Source of the DNA: Octopus sinensis | Taxonomy: Eukaryota | Assembly (NCBI RefSeq): GCF_006345805.1 | Contig: NC_043001.1 | Location: 111,476,001-111,540,000 of the forward strand | DNA: 64,000 nucleotides | Direction of reading: 5' to 3' | Shown: piece after piece, positions 27,481 through 41,394 of the stretch | Position numbering within the stretch: the first letter of the stretch is position 1 | Layout of the letters: each line of letters opens with the position of its first letter | Translations under genes and position numbers: made by a program | The notes under the pieces: model-generated | Told to the model about the DNA's origin: nothing | Seen by the model: the letters and a program-made list of their open reading frames with translations, nothing else | Databases searched by the model: none

Positions 27481-27565
<85 letters not shown>
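27376..27565. repeat. (TAA)n/(TGA) trinucleotide microsatellite
   Basis: Direct reading. Confidence 0.95.
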
Positions 27566-27566
<1 letters not shown>

Positions 27567-28022
27567 TGCTTATTGATCGACATGAGCATCCCCTGTGATC
27601 ATAATATCTCAGCGAAAGAGTTTGACAAGCTCAGGAAATATAAAGACCTACTCATTGAAATTGAGAAAATGTGGCATCTCAAGGCGGTTACAATACCATT
27701 GATCGTAGGAGCACTAGGAATGATCAAGAAGGGAACCGAAAATTATATGAGAATGATCCCTGGCTTACCATCCCTGCAAGAAGTGCAAAAGATTGTCTTA
27801 ACTGGTACATCACACGTATTGAGAAGAGCATTGTCGATGTGAGAACTGTTGCTGCTCATGTATTTTAATTTAACTTTAAAAAAAAAAAAACTTTTTAAAA
27901 TGAACGAACTACTGAGTTTGGTTTAATGGCCTACCAATATACACTATGAGTTTCTTTGCCCTAGGAGTCGGGAAGACACTCGGCAAGAAAATTTGAAAGA
28001 AGAAAAAAAAAATAATAATAAT
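27566..28022 (+). mobile_element. 5'-truncated R4/Dong-type LINE (end of restriction-like endonuclease plus 3' UTR), family 2
   Basis: LLIDMSIP..KEFDKLRKYKDL..MWHLK..IPLIVGALG..QKIVLTGTSHVLRRALS, homologous to but diverged from ORF 31000-31239; ends in TAA repeats. Confidence 0.85.
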
Positions 28023-28209
28023 AGTAAACACCGGGGACGTTTAAGATGTGAGAACGATAAAACAGTGCTCCGAAATCTATCCACAAACATCGAAAACAAA
28101 GACATCGTATGGAGCCAAAAATTTACTAACAAAGGATTGGACTATATCCGAGTAAATAATACTTATTGAAATTTATTACTATTTACGAAACGAAATGATG
28201 TATTTTAAC

Positions 28210-31200
28210 TCGATATCATCTCCACCTCTAACACGACACATGTAAAAAGTAAAATAATCAAAGAACTGAAAACCACAGAGCTCAAAATGGACCACCGACC
28301 ATACCTCCCAAAAATCAAAATAGACGAAACAACAACACCAATTATAAACAGCATAAACCTAGCCGTCACGGAACTAATAGCCACTGAAACAAAAAGCGAT
28401 ATCACTGAGCTACATGACTTAGTATACGCAGCAGCCACTGCAGCCACAAAAGAAGCTGGATACACACTCAAACCCATCCAAATAGGAGTACCACCACCCA
28501 AACAAACCCTGTGGATAAATAACATCCAAAACAAAATACAAAAAATGAGAAAAGATCAGTCGATTCTTAATGAAATCAGTAGACAATCAACGCTACTGAG
28601 CAACAAAAAGAAAACAAAAATACTCCGCAAATACATCACAGAAAAAGCTTTACCTGAGATAAAAGAAAAGCTAAAGCAAGATATCCTTGCCAAAGCACAA
28701 AGGATCCGCCGGTACGAGAAACGCCAGCACTTCTTTGAACAAAACAAAAAGTTCAACTCCAACCCCAAAAAGTTCTATCAAGAACTTGGCAAAAATAAAA
28801 TAGAAATCACTGCAGCACCAACGGCAGAAGAAGTGGAAGAATTCTGGAGAGAAATATGGTCGGCGAACGAATAACCAAAAAAAGGAGTATTAAAACAACA
28901 AACTCAGCATCTGAGAAATTTGGACCACCATAACAACTGAAGAGGTCACCCAGGCACTGCAAAGACTAAGCAACTGGAAGGCACCTGGGCATGACAAGAT
29001 CCCCAACTTCTGGTTGAAATATCTAACAGGAATGCACAAAAAGCTGGCTGAAAACTTTAACAACATACTAGCAGAGCCAGAGACAATGCCTGCATGGCTC
29101 ACGAAAGGGGAAAACCCTCTTAATTCCCAAATCAAATGAGACAGCAAAACCAGAAAACTACAGACCAATAACCTGTCTCCCTCCAATGTACAAGGCATTT
29201 ACTGCAGTGATATCGCAAAGGTTGAACAAGCACCTAGACGAAAACAACCTGTTGCTAGAAGAGCAGAAAGGATGCCGCAAAGGCTCATATGGCTGTAAAG
29301 ATCAACTAATGATTAATAAAGCCATAACTGAAGACAGCCACATAAAGAAGAAGGGCCTCAGTATGGCCTGGATCGACTACAAAAAGGCATTTGATAGCAT
29401 CCCCCACACATGGATCCTCGAAACACTAGCCATTAACAAAGTAGCACCAACGATTATAAAATTCATAGGACACTCTATGAATAAATGGCAAACAGTCCTA
29501 CACCTCCAAACAAAAGAGGGACTCATGAAAACCAAAGACATCCCCATTAGAAGAGGAATATTCCAGGGAGACACGCTCTCTCCACTCCTTTTCTGCTTGG
29601 CACTGTCAACTCTATCTGATATGCTAAATAGAACTGGATGCGGATATAAATGTTACGGCAAAACGATCAGTCACCTTTTATATATGGATGACCTAAAACT
29701 ATACGCTACAAATGACAAACAGCTGGAAACACTATTAAAGACAGTTCATGGATTTACCAAAGAAATAGATATGAAATTTGGATTAGAAAAATGCGCCAAA
29801 GTAACCATGAAAAGAGGAAAGCTAGTTAAGAGTAGCAACATCACACTAGATAAAACCAATGAAATAAAAGAATTAGACCAAAGCCAAACTTACAAATACT
29901 TAGGAATCCATGAACTAGATAAGACACAACATACACAAATGAAAGAGAAAATAAAAAAAGAATATTATAGACGAGTTAGATCAATACTAAAAACAGAGCT
30001 CAATGCTAAAAACAAGATAATAGGTATTAACACTTTAGCTGTCCCAGTTATAAGTTACAGCTACAGTATCCTTAACTGGACACTAAATGAACTGACCAAG
30101 ATAGATAGGAAAACAAGAAAAATAATGACAGGATCTAGGATGCATCACCCAAAATCTGACATAGAAAGACTATATATAAAACGTATAGAAGGTGGTAGAG
30201 GCCTTATACAGCTGGAAGACCACTATAAAATAACCACCATAGGACTGCAAAAATATCTACTTCAGAAGGAAGGAAAACTGATACAAATAGCGGCAAAACA
30301 CGAGCAAAACAAAAAACTGGTCTCAGTATTTAAGGAAGCTGACAAATACAAACAAGAAAACATACCACCTAATAAATATGAAGAAGAAGAAGAAGAAGAT
30401 GAAGAAACAACAAAACCTATAAAAGAAATGAAATCCAAACTAAAAATAGAACAGCAACGAACCATGATAAAACGATGGCAAGAAAAGCCCCTTCATGGTA
30501 ACTACATACTAAACTAAACGCAAAAGAAATAGATAAAGAAAAATCCCAGCAATGGTTGAGAAGCTCAGGACTCAAAGCAGAGACAGAGGGATTTTTTATT
30601 GCTGCACAAGGCCAAAGCCTCCCCACCAGAAATTATCAAAAACATGTAATGAAAAGAAATATAACAAGTAACTGCAGAATATGTGGAGATGGACAAGAAA
30701 CAATAAATCATATTATCTCTAGCTTCCCAGTCCTAGCTAAGAAGGAATATATTCACAGGCATGACAGAGTTGGAACCTACATACACTAGAAGCTATGCCA
30801 ACATGGAATAACAACAGAAAAAAGATGGTATAGGCACACACCAGAAAAGGTCACAGAAAACGAGAAAGCAACCATACTCTGGGATATGCCGATACTCAAC
30901 AGATAGAGAAATTAAGGCCAACAGACCAGATATAGTTGTCAGAGATCATGAAGAAAAAAATGCTTTCTAATTGATGTATTAATACCAGCGGATGACAACG
31001 TGTCTCTAAAAGAAATGGAGAAACTTTCGAAATACAAAGACCTGGAAATAGAGGTAACCAGAATGTGGAATCTAAAAACAGAAACAATTCCTATCATAGT
31101 AGGTGCATTAGGCATGATAAAAAAATATTCAGACAAATACATAACAAAACCACCAGGACTTACAAACACATATAACATACAGAAAATTGCACTACTAGGC

Positions 31201-31336
31201 ACTGCACACATCCTACGCAGAACACTTTCCATACAATAACCATCAGAGCATCACAACAAATCACAGCACATACCCAAGGCACACAGAGCTGCGCTCGGTA
31301 GTGAAGTGAAAGCACGCTATGAAAATAAAACTACTG
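28210..31336 (+). mobile_element. R4/Dong-clade non-LTR retrotransposon, 5'-truncated and disrupted
   Basis: NWKAPGHD, NYRPITCL, WIDYKKAFDS, QGDTLSPLLF, YMDD; CRIC..H..(C->F) knuckle, RHD, RPDIVV..LIDV..EKLSKY endonuclease; followed by (TAA)n; frameshifts and a stop at ~30787. Confidence 0.92.
29186..30517 (+). pseudogene. Reverse transcriptase domain of the R4/Dong element (largest open segment, 443 aa)
   Basis: ORF track; EQKGCR, DYKKAFDS, QGD, YMDD (29681-29692), YKYLG, GGRGL motifs. Confidence 0.92.
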
Positions 31337-31349
31337 AATAATAATAATA

Positions 31350-31393
<44 letters not shown>

Positions 31394-31407
31394 TAATAAT
31401 AATAATA

Positions 31408-31910
31408 GATGCAGTATCAGGCAGTGGCTCTCATTGCTGCTGACCTTAACTGATTGGAAGTGTTATCATGTACGTTGTTTTGTCTCAGTAAAAAAGATGG
31501 GCAACAGTAAATATTCTGTTTGACCTTAACCAGTTGAGCATGTCCCTTAGTGGCGATATGAGCCTCTCTGATCAGAAGCAGAAGCAGTGGGAGAGCATCA
31601 TAGCCGTGTGTCGAGAGTTTGAATAATTCACCTATGGAAACGTGGGTGTTTCGTTCAACATCCTCATACAATCCTTATTCAAGGACCTTTTGAGCGGGAT
31701 GGGCTACTCGACCAGCAGAAAATTCTAACTGGGCCCCACCTGCAAGGTCATGTGCTGTTTATCTTGATATGAGAACACCATTTGCGCACATATGGTTGTG
31801 ATGCATGTGTCTGGTGTACCATTATCAGACGGGTAGTCATGATGGGTATAGAGGGCTTCGTATATTTTATCCCAGAGTCACTTTGATGGCATGCACTGCT
31901 CTCTCACTCA
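31408..31910 (+). mobile_element. Second copy of the (TAA)n-inserted non-coding element
   Basis: Aligns with 20296-20760; flanked by (TAA)n. Confidence 0.75.
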
Positions 31911-31948
31911 GTAATAATAATAATAATAACAATAATAATAATAATAAT

Positions 31949-32210
31949 GGTTATACTCGTGATGATGTACCTCTGATAATTGGTGCTTTGGGAACAGTAA
32001 ACCAAAATATAGACACATGGCTGAAGATTGAAATAGTATATACGGAAGAGCCCCTATAGAATGTTTGCCTCTTAGGGGCAGCAAGAATTATCAGGAGGAT
32101 TCTAAGCACTTGAAGGTCTAGCGAAAACGTGTGGATACGTAAGGTTAGTGGTAATAACCAGCAACCCTATCAATCGTACCAGGACTATGACCAAACCTGA
32201 GCTTTGTTCT
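31949..32210 (+). mobile_element. Short 3' end of a third R4/Dong-type LINE family
   Basis: VPLIIGALGTV...CLLGAARIIRRILST* followed by UTR and TAA repeats. Confidence 0.7.
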
Positions 32211-32446
32211 ATAATAATAATAATAATGATGATGATGATAATAATGATGATGATGATGATAATAATAATGATAATAATAATAATAATGATGATAATAATA
32301 ATAATGATGATAATAATAATAATGATGATAATAATAATGATGATAATAATAATGATGATTATAATAATAATGATGATGATAATAATAATAATAATAATGA
32401 TGATGATAATAATAATAATGATAATGATGATAATGACAATGATGAC

Positions 32447-32486
<40 letters not shown>
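32211..32486. repeat. Compound (AAT)/(GAT) microsatellite
   Basis: Direct reading. Confidence 0.95.
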
Positions 32487-33571
32487 CAAGGATGAAATAT
32501 GTTGACTGGTACTCAGTAAAATCTGCTCGAGTGATCGTTACTAATATAGATGATACTGGGGAAAATAAACAAATAACTTATTGTTTGGATAGAGGCTGTG
32601 TACGCAGAAACCCCCACACGGACTCACACCCACAAACACACACACACACAGATACACACGTCTGGACATACGTATATCCGCCCACCCATCCATCACCACC
32701 CACATATACACGCACATGCTACAGAGCGATGTAATGTAGATCGATACATTTTAATCCATATATCTAGATAGTAAAACCAATTTTTCAGCGTACTGAAAAT
32801 TTCGGAGAGACAGCATTAAGTCAATGTAAAATTATCAGGAATTCTATTTTCATAATTTTATTGTATTTTGTGGATTTGTAATTCTAAAATAAATTCATCA
32901 TAATATTCATCTATTTAGTCCTCTTGGCTTCTGCACATCCATTAAAACAGAATTCATTTAAATAATTCTTGATACAACCGGAAACTATTAACCTTATTAC
33001 GTTGAGATTTTGCTGTTTCTAGGATGAGTCTCTCTTCACGATTATTCAAAGTATGTCCGCTGAATTTCATAATTCATAACTTTGTAAAGAACAAAGATTC
33101 AATGTGCTGTGTTATAAAGAAAAATATTATATGGACGTTATTCAGCAAGTGCTACAAAATATATCGTTACAAGTTTTCAGCTCATTTTCGCTTTGTCTTT
33201 TAATGGAAGGCTCCAAGTATCCGGAAACAGAAATGCATTAACTTGGACAAAAGAGATATTTCATAACGGAAAAGTGTAGCTGCCAATTACATCGATGGAA
33301 ATTCTTTCATTTCCATTGTATTATATACATTAGACAAACAAATTAAAGTTTTAAAAAAATTGAGCGCGCGAAGACATTTGTTTGCGTACGTTATTTTTCT
33401 GCTTAATTAATTATTATTTAGTAATACATTTGTATTTTGCTAAAATGATGTGAACATGTTTGAGACTCAAACTACAGGTGAAACAAAATACACGATAACT
33501 TTTAATAACAATGGCATTGATATTTATTTATTGATTTTCTGTTTCTTTTTGCATCAAGTATATATAGGAGT

Positions 33572-33890
33572 ATTTATTTTTTATTTATGCGCCCTTCAAG
33601 CCTAGCCAGGCTCGTGGGCCCAGTTTCGCGGTTTCTGTGGTGTATGTGTTCTCCTCAGCTGGACGGGACGCCAGTCCATCGCAGCGTTACTCAAGAAACA
33701 GGAAGAGAGAGTGAGAGAAACTTGGGACGAAAGAGTACAACAGGAGTCGCCACCAACCCCTGCCTGAGCCTCGTGGAGGTTTAGGTGTTTTCACTCAATA
33801 AACACACACAACGCCCGGTCTGGGAATCGAAACTGCGATCCTCCGATCGCGAGTCCGCTGCCCTAACCACTGGGCCATTGCGCCTCCACA
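33572..33890 (-). mobile_element. tRNA-derived SINE, family C (V-domain-like core)
   Basis: Minus: TGGCCCAGTGG A box, GTTTCGATTCC B box, CTGCGATGGACTGGCGTCCCGTCCAG core, A-rich tail. Confidence 0.8.
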
Positions 33891-34140
33891 TATGGTTGTA
33901 TACTAAAAAACAGAAAAAAATCATTCGGATGGAGTTCAGTGGGGAATTGTAAAGCATGCAGAAATTATTTTATATAAGTGACCTTTCCTATCCTTTCCGT
34001 TTACAGGGAAAAATTAGTGAAATAATAACAGATTAAAACCAGCATCACTAAGTAGAAATCACATCGACAGTGTAGAGCCAACAGTTATTACATACTATCA
34101 AGACTTATGAAAGGATTCTGTTACTATAATATTGCAAAAT

Positions 34141-34461
34141 TTTATTTACATTTACATTATTTACATTCGACGGATATTTGTCTTCATCTTCTTTGTTGTT
34201 AATACAATGTTTCGGCTGATATATTCTCCAGCCTTCTTCAGGTGTCTTGGAGGAAATTTCGAACCTAGGTTCTCATTCCTAAGGTATTTTTCAATGTTAT
34301 ATTATTATTATTATTATTCAAGTCCCTGCTTGGAATCGAACTCAGAATCTTGGGATTAGTAGCCCGCGCTCATAACCACTACGCCATATGCTCGTGGGCA
34401 TATCCGTTGAATGTAAATAATGTAAATAATGTCCATAATTCCTCATCTCTTAAGTATAGAG
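34141..34461 (-). mobile_element. Short element: tRNA-like head, hammerhead, and inverted tail copy
   Basis: A box TGGCGTAGTGG (34376-34386), B box GAGTTCGATTCC (34332-34343), HHR 34202-34245; tail 34141-34177 repeated inverted at 34400-34432. Confidence 0.75.
34202..34245 (-). ncRNA. Minimal hammerhead motif (slightly degenerate)
   Basis: Minus: ACAC CTGAAGA A GGCTG-GAGAATATAT-CAGCC GAAA CA TT GTAT; stems I and III each have a mismatch. Confidence 0.6.
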
Positions 34462-35559
34462 CTGAACTTTATTTGTCTTTAAATAAATAAGTACAGGCTG
34501 GTGGTATTAGAGTATTCTCTGAGTGAGAACATTCTCCATTCTGATGATTCTACAGATTTGCCGTCCCATTTAAAACGCTTCCATCATAGCGTAATCGACT
34601 TAAATAATGTTAGTTGTAGATGCTTTGTATACTTTTATGTAATAGAAATAAGGATTCTGAACAAAAGCTACAGAACTAGAAATGAAATAAGCATCCAATA
34701 AATAAATATAATTAAGCAACAAATTTAATAGGAATGGCTTTGAGTATTCGATATAAAGATTGGTATCAATGGTGGCTTTCAGTGTCTAACATTTCAGTTC
34801 GACGATTCAGTAACTGCGAAGGAATGAAACAGGAAAATTCATTTGGTAATCTAAGCTTTTCATATTAACCTGTTTCTAGGACGATAGAGTCGAATAGATG
34901 GAAGTTAATAAAGTTAATATCTGGGTAATTATTTCTGAATCTATACCAGAAGATTACAAGACAAAGTGAATTTGTAATCAAATTTGAAACTATACAAATG
35001 CCACAAAAAGGTTTTGTCCGACACACTATCAATAAACTACCATTTGGCCGACTTAAAAACATATTTCCCAATTGAAATTTATTTAGTTATATTTAAGACA
35101 CCCTTAAATACTTTTACCCTATCAAACAAGAAAGCTGTTGTAATATTTAATTTTATCACTCTTTATGTGAATAAATCTTTCACAAATAATGTTATATTTT
35201 TAAAAGATTCATTAAATTTTAAATGATTATGAATAAACGAATAAACAGCCCCAATATATAACTATTTAATAAAGGGATAGAAGAGGAATTTTAATTAAAC
35301 GCCGTTGAAGATTTACTAGAATTAGCTTTATTACAACAACAATTATATAACTTAATGAATTAGCTAAGCTTTAAATTTAAAAAAAGACATACGTGAGATA
35401 AAAATAGACTAACATTAAGATTTGATATAACAGCTTATGTCAAACTGTTGCTGTTACAAGAATGAAAATAACAATGTGTATCTTAAAGCTAAACTTTATT
35501 TACTTTACAATTAAATGTATAATACTCATCTCTAGCACATGAACATTACCCCACGTTAT

Positions 35560-36022
35560 ACAGGGTGTTTAATGTCATGTATATGCAGATTGCGGTGAAT
35601 AAATTGACGTCAAAATTGCGCAAAAGTGAAAATAACATTTCATTTTAACATGTATATGTACCAACATTACATAAAAAATATATTGAAATACTTGAGTATT
35701 TCATGATACTTTAGTATTTCAAGATAATTTATTTACTAAAATCGTTATTGGCTTCAATCTCGATCTCCAGACGACTTCGGAATCTCGGGTAACTCTTCTG
35801 GCCGGTATCCTTGTTTAAGCTGGTGAATGCTGCCATAATCCTGGCCTTTAGTTCATCTTTGGTGTTACAATGAGTTTGGTGGTCTCTCGCTCAACTGCGC
35901 CCCACGCATAACAATGAAGGGGGTTCCAGTCTGAGGAGTTAGGTGGCAAGACGTTAGATGTGATATCTTTGCAGAAATTGTCTGATAGCCACAGCTGGAC
36001 TCTTCTGCTTGTGTGGCATGGT
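35560..36022 (-). pseudogene. Tc1/mariner-superfamily (maT-like) transposase C-terminal fragment and terminus
   Basis: CHTSRRVQLWLSDNF..LPPNSSDWNP..AWGAVER..NTKDELKARIMAAF..RFRSRLEIEIEAN (WPPNSPDLNP-type motif). Confidence 0.8.
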
Positions 36023-37336
36023 GAGTTTTATAAAACTAAAATATCAATTTAAGAACGTAATGCATTTATAACCACATTGAAAAGTTGCCGAAATCATTGG
36101 AAACTTAGCAAAAATAGTTACTTCGTTTCAAAGGAAATGCTGTTTTCGTTTTGCTTCCACTTGGCATACTTAAAGAAAAACAAATAGGCATTTTTTTGTC
36201 CCTATACCCTTCTTATCTTTCAGTAAATATCACTTCAATGCCCGTAAGATTCATTTTTTAATCACGATAAAATAACTACAGAAAAAACGCATGTTTTTTC
36301 TTTGGCTTCCCCTCCCTTTCTATTTCTTCTTTGCCAACAATTCTTTGTACTTGATGTCGATAACACGACAGGTTAAATGGTTGAATGAGTTTGACTGTTT
36401 GACCGGTAAAAATTCTGACCAAAACATATCAACAATCCCATAATTTTTAATCAGTCAGCTCAAATGTTACCGTGAATTTGTAATATCTATTTCGCTCGGT
36501 CGTAAGTTTTGAAATTATTATCATTAGCCATACTCTATATTGAACAAAAACATTCTGAAATCAGAAGTATAATATAGCTAATTAATCTTTCGTTGATTTA
36601 CTAAAATTAACTTTCCGTTTTATTGAAACAGATTTACAATTCACGATCGCAGTAACCTGAGGTATACTGTAACAAAAGTGAAAGTAGAGTATTCATTTAT
36701 ATTTACAACTGAAAGTGTTTTTCTCTTCAAAATAAAATTTGAAAGTTACAAAAAATATGAGTGCAGAACTAAGTCAAATCTCCAACAAATACATTTTTAC
36801 AATTTTTTCACAATATTCCTCATTTTACTGCGGGAAATTTCTCTGAAAAATCTTTGCAGAAAAGTGAGTAGATTGACTACATATTTCTTTCATTGATCTA
36901 TCGCAGTTTTTCTTCGCCCAACAAATTCCTGTGAGACTTGGTCGTTATTTCTAGCATGTGTATAGTCTGCTTGAAGTCCATGGAATCGGGAAAGAAGGGG
37001 GTTGGGGATATTTCATTTATTTATTTATTTATTGTAAAATTAATATTTTACAGTTTTCTTCAGAATCATAATGTTCGTATTCTCAAAAAAGTGAAAATTG
37101 AAGAAATTTGAATTGAAATTTTGAATTTGCGATTTTCGCAAATTTTTTTCAGAATAGGAATTTCCATAACCGAAAATATGGGTTTCCGTAAAAAAACAAT
37201 TTTAAAGACAGCGGAGGAAGGGTTGGGTTATGTTTTCCCATGTGTGCCTAGTATTTATTGCATGACCAACCTCAGAAGTCACTGCACGCCGCTGATATAT
37301 ACTGGTATATACATATGAGAGACACAGAGAGGGTGA

Positions 37337-37337
37337 C

Positions 37338-37396
<59 letters not shown>

Positions 37397-37664
37397 CAAA
37401 CAGATAGACAAACAGATAGATAGACAAACAGATAGACAGATAGACAAACAGATAGATAGATAGACAAACAGATAGATAGATAGACAAACAGATAGAAAGA
37501 TAGACAAACAGATAGATAGATAGACAGACAGACAGCTAGCTAGCTAGATAGATAGATAGATAGATAGATACACAATTAAAGATTAATTAAAAAAATGACA
37601 AACATCCCTTACAGCTCTAAGGGATGTTTGTCAATTTTTTCTGTTCTCTCATCTTATTATTACA

Positions 37665-37717
<53 letters not shown>

Positions 37718-37726
37718 TAGACAGAC

Positions 37727-37810
<84 letters not shown>
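37337..37810. repeat. (GATA)n/(GACA)n tracts with a central short inverted repeat
   Basis: Direct reading; AAAAAATGACAAACATCCCTTA/TAAGGGATGTTTGTCAATTTTTT at ~37589-37641. Confidence 0.9.
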
Positions 37811-38382
37811 GAAAAAGAGGGTAAGAGAGATGCACGTATGTCTGTTATAATTTTAAAGAGAGTGGGAGATATGTAAGATCACACATACCAACTTCAGCAT
37901 AATAAATATATCAGAAGTGTGGAATCTACTTATTTATTTAATAAGGCAAAGAAAAACAGACAACAAAATTGTTTGAAGGTAAAATATTACACTTTGCTAT
38001 TTTGCCTGATTAGATCCTTAATATGTTATCATTGTTAATTCCAACATCGTTTGTATGTGTGCGCTTTTGTGTGTGTTTGTGTGACTGTGAGGGTGTATAT
38101 GAGTGTGTGTGTGTGAGAGTGTGTGTTTGTGACTGTGAATGTGCGCGCGCATGTGTTTGTGCGTCTGTGCATGGTTATGTGTGTGTGAGTGTTTGTGTGT
38201 CTGTGAATGTGTGTGTGTGTGAGTGTTTGTTTGACTGAGTATGTGCGCGCATGTGTTTGCGTGTCTGTGCGTGCGTATGTGTGTGTAACTGTGAGTGTGC
38301 GTGCACGCGTGAGTGCGTATGTTCGCGTGTGTGCGTGCACGCGTGTGTGCGTGCACGCGTGAGTGCGTATGTTCGCGCACGT

Positions 38383-38416
<34 letters not shown>

Positions 38417-38589
38417 TTCTGGGTGTGCTCGTACGCGTGTGTGCGTATGTGAGCGAGCGTACGTGTGTGTGTATGAGTGTGTGTGTGACTGTGAGTGTGC
38501 TAGCAGGCGTGTGTACATGTGTGCGTGCATGTATAACAGACTTCTGGGAGGAGAGCGAGAAATTAGTGGTTGGAAAGTAGAAAATGCGG

Positions 38590-39720
38590 AATCGAATCAT
38601 TTGGCTATTCGGAGGGGAATGTTGTTGAGAGACTTGTTCTCTCCATTATTATTCCTCATTACGTTAATCATTCTTAGAAGTATACAGAGTAAATTGAGGC
38701 TCGCCGATAATTTTGTCAACACCACGGTGAAAAAATGACCGCTATCTGTACACAAGAAATTAACACACCTTCATAATCCAATCACTGAAAGGCTGTTTTG
38801 GGAGAATAATTGCGCAGTGTTAATTCTGAAGAACGGCTGAAGGCTAAAATCTGGCGGTATGAATATGCAAGACAATATCATAAGTGCTTTGTGAAATACT
38901 GAGAGATACACATACCTAGGAGTACCTCGGAATATAGGACAATGAGTGAGGCATACGGCAGGTAAGCAAAGCAAAGATCAAATGAAACCTCATGAAATAT
39001 CAACAATGCTTCAAAATAAATCTCGCGGTCAAACTTGCAAAGAGCTGCCCAATACTAATAACCACTTCCTCTGGAACCATCAAATTTCCACCAGCTATAT
39101 CAGTACAATGATCACAGATTTTAGGTAAAATTTCACAAATTTAAGTACATAAAACTAGCCATAACCCACTGTATATCTTGGATGGTATAGATAGATGCTG
39201 CTATAGTGGAACATAATCATTCCCTGTAAGTTGGAACTACATCTAAATATAAAATAAGCAAATACTTTCAACACAATCGACGAATGGACAAATGGACAAA
39301 TGCTAGAGCGGAACAACAACAATAAAATATTCAAAACGAACCAGAACATTTTTTTTATTAAACAACATTGACAGATGAAAGAAAATTCCTTATTAAAACT
39401 CATTCAGCTGTGTGTGCTGAAAGAAGTTTATAATAACTGGGCAATTAGTGAAAGTGCTGCCTATAAATAAATACTACCAGGACGTGCCAGGTTTGTACCA
39501 CAGACAGATATTAAATAATTGCCGATCGATAATGCTTGAGACGGAGATGAAATTTGTTGATATTAGGCTGGAAGCATCGGAATAAATTGCACTCTAAACA
39601 TGGTACAAAATACTGAAATAACTGACGCATTTGAGGAGCAATATCACCACCAGCAATTCAACAACAAAATATACTAATCTAATGAAATAAGTTATATAAA
39701 ACAAACACCAATATGTAAGA
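38590..39720 (+). pseudogene. Highly degenerate R4/Dong-like RT fragment
   Basis: LAIRRGMLLRDLFSPLLFLITL resembles IPIRRGIFQGDTLSPLLFCLAL; YTYLGV downstream. Confidence 0.55.
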
Positions 39721-39721
39721 G

Positions 39722-39935
39722 CTAGGTGGAGAACTGGCGCAATCGTTAGCAGGCCGGGGGAAAATCTTAGAGGCATTTCGTCCGATTTTGCATTCTAAGT
39801 TCAAATTTTTCCGAGGTCAACTTTGTTTTCATCCATTTCGGGGTCGATAAATTACGTTTCAGTTGAGCTCTAGCGTCGATGTAATCGGCTTAGTCCCTCC
39901 TTCAAAATTACTGGCCTTCTGCCAAAATTTGAAAT
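39722..39935 (+). mobile_element. SINE family B (short-tail variant)
   Basis: Head and core similar to 22427-22640. Confidence 0.75.
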
Positions 39936-40000
39936 GAATTTGTAATAGCTGGAGGAACATACCAAAGAATCGACGGTCAATGTAAATAATATTAACGTTG

Positions 40001-40395
40001 ACGCAGGAGGGGCTGTGTGGTAAGTAGCTTGCTTACCAACCACATGGTTCCGGGTTCAGTCCTACTGCGTATCACATTGTGCAAGTGTCTTCTACTATAG
40101 CGTCCCTCAGGCAGACCAAACCCTTGTGAGTGGATTTGGTAGACAGAAACTGAAAGAAGCCCGTCGTATATATGTATATGTGTGTGTGCTTGTGTGTCTG
40201 TTTTGTCCCCTCAACATCGCTTACAACCGATGCTGGTATGTTTGTATCCCCGTAACTTAGCAGTTCAGCAAAAGGGTCCGATAGAATAAGTACTAGGCTT
40301 ACTAAGAATAAGTTCTGGGGTCGATTTGCTCTACTAAAGGCGATGCTCCAGCATGGCCGCAGTCAAATGACTGAAACAAGTAAAAAAGCAAAAGA
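40001..40395 (+). mobile_element. tRNA-derived SINE, family A
   Basis: Full-length match to family A. Confidence 0.9.
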
Positions 40396-40880
40396 GTATC
40401 ATACACATTGACACGCCAAAGCTAAAGGAAAGACGTCTTGAAACACCACATACGTATCAATGAACTGCCTTGTCGATGAATCAACACGAAAGGAGTCCTC
40501 AGAGACTTGCACCTTTTGCCCAATCCTCAGCCATATGCAGTATTACAAGGGTTTACATATGAATGGAAAACAAAATCTATTTTAAGACCATCTCAAGAAA
40601 TTTTCTCACATAATCCTCCCATCTTTTCAATGTTACGATAAACATTTAAATAATATATCACGCAGTTTAATCGAAAACAAGATTTAGAAATTGCAAAGCA
40701 AACTTATTAAATATTCGGCCTCATAAGCCTAGGTGTGATTGTTGATAAGAATTTTGCTTCCAAACTGCATGGTTCCGGGTTAAGCCTCTTGGGTAAGTGA
40801 GCTCTACTAAATCACCCGAACGCCCGAAACGACCAACGTCTTACAAATAGATTAATTTGATGAAGCTACAAAACACTACT

Positions 40881-40929
<49 letters not shown>

Positions 40930-40991
40930 TATATATATATGATTGTATGTATAAACACACACACACGCACACACACGCAAATATATATATA

Positions 40992-41273
40992 CAGGGCAGC
41001 CCCAAAGTAGGTTTTCGTTTATCACGTAGGGACTTTAAATTTCTTTAAAAAAATGTTATTACATTTAAATTTCCATCTTATAATTGGAGCCCTCCCTAAT
41101 ACAGAGGGTTTCTTGTACATGCAGAAGACATCTCACCTGGCTAGTACCTTTATATTGTAATTAGCATAGAATAATGGTTTCATGGTATTTTTTCTTATAA
41201 TTAAGATTTAAACTGTTAATATATGCATGCGAAAGAGATAGCTGAATAACTGTAAACCTACTTTTGGGCCACC

Positions 41274-41276
<3 letters not shown>
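40992..41276. mobile_element. Tc1/mariner-type MITE
   Basis: TIRs CAGGGCAGCCCCAAAGTAGGTTT / AAACCTACTTTTGGGCCACCCTG flanked by TA. Confidence 0.8.
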
Positions 41277-41357
<81 letters not shown>

Positions 41358-41394
41358 GTGTATGTGTATGTGTGTGTGTGTGTGTGTGTATATA

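Noticed and set aside
29186-30517. Intact or domesticated RT gene, or bacterial retron/DGR RT
   Set aside because: Flanking frames are broken and downstream CCHC plus endonuclease motifs identify a decayed R4/Dong LINE
32145-32734. Poly-N/D, poly-H/Y and poly-I/M ORFs
   Set aside because: Translations of the AAT/GAT trinucleotide repeat
34322-34395. tRNA gene
   Set aside because: Has A/B boxes but a poor acceptor stem and sits in a repeat; treated as a SINE-type head
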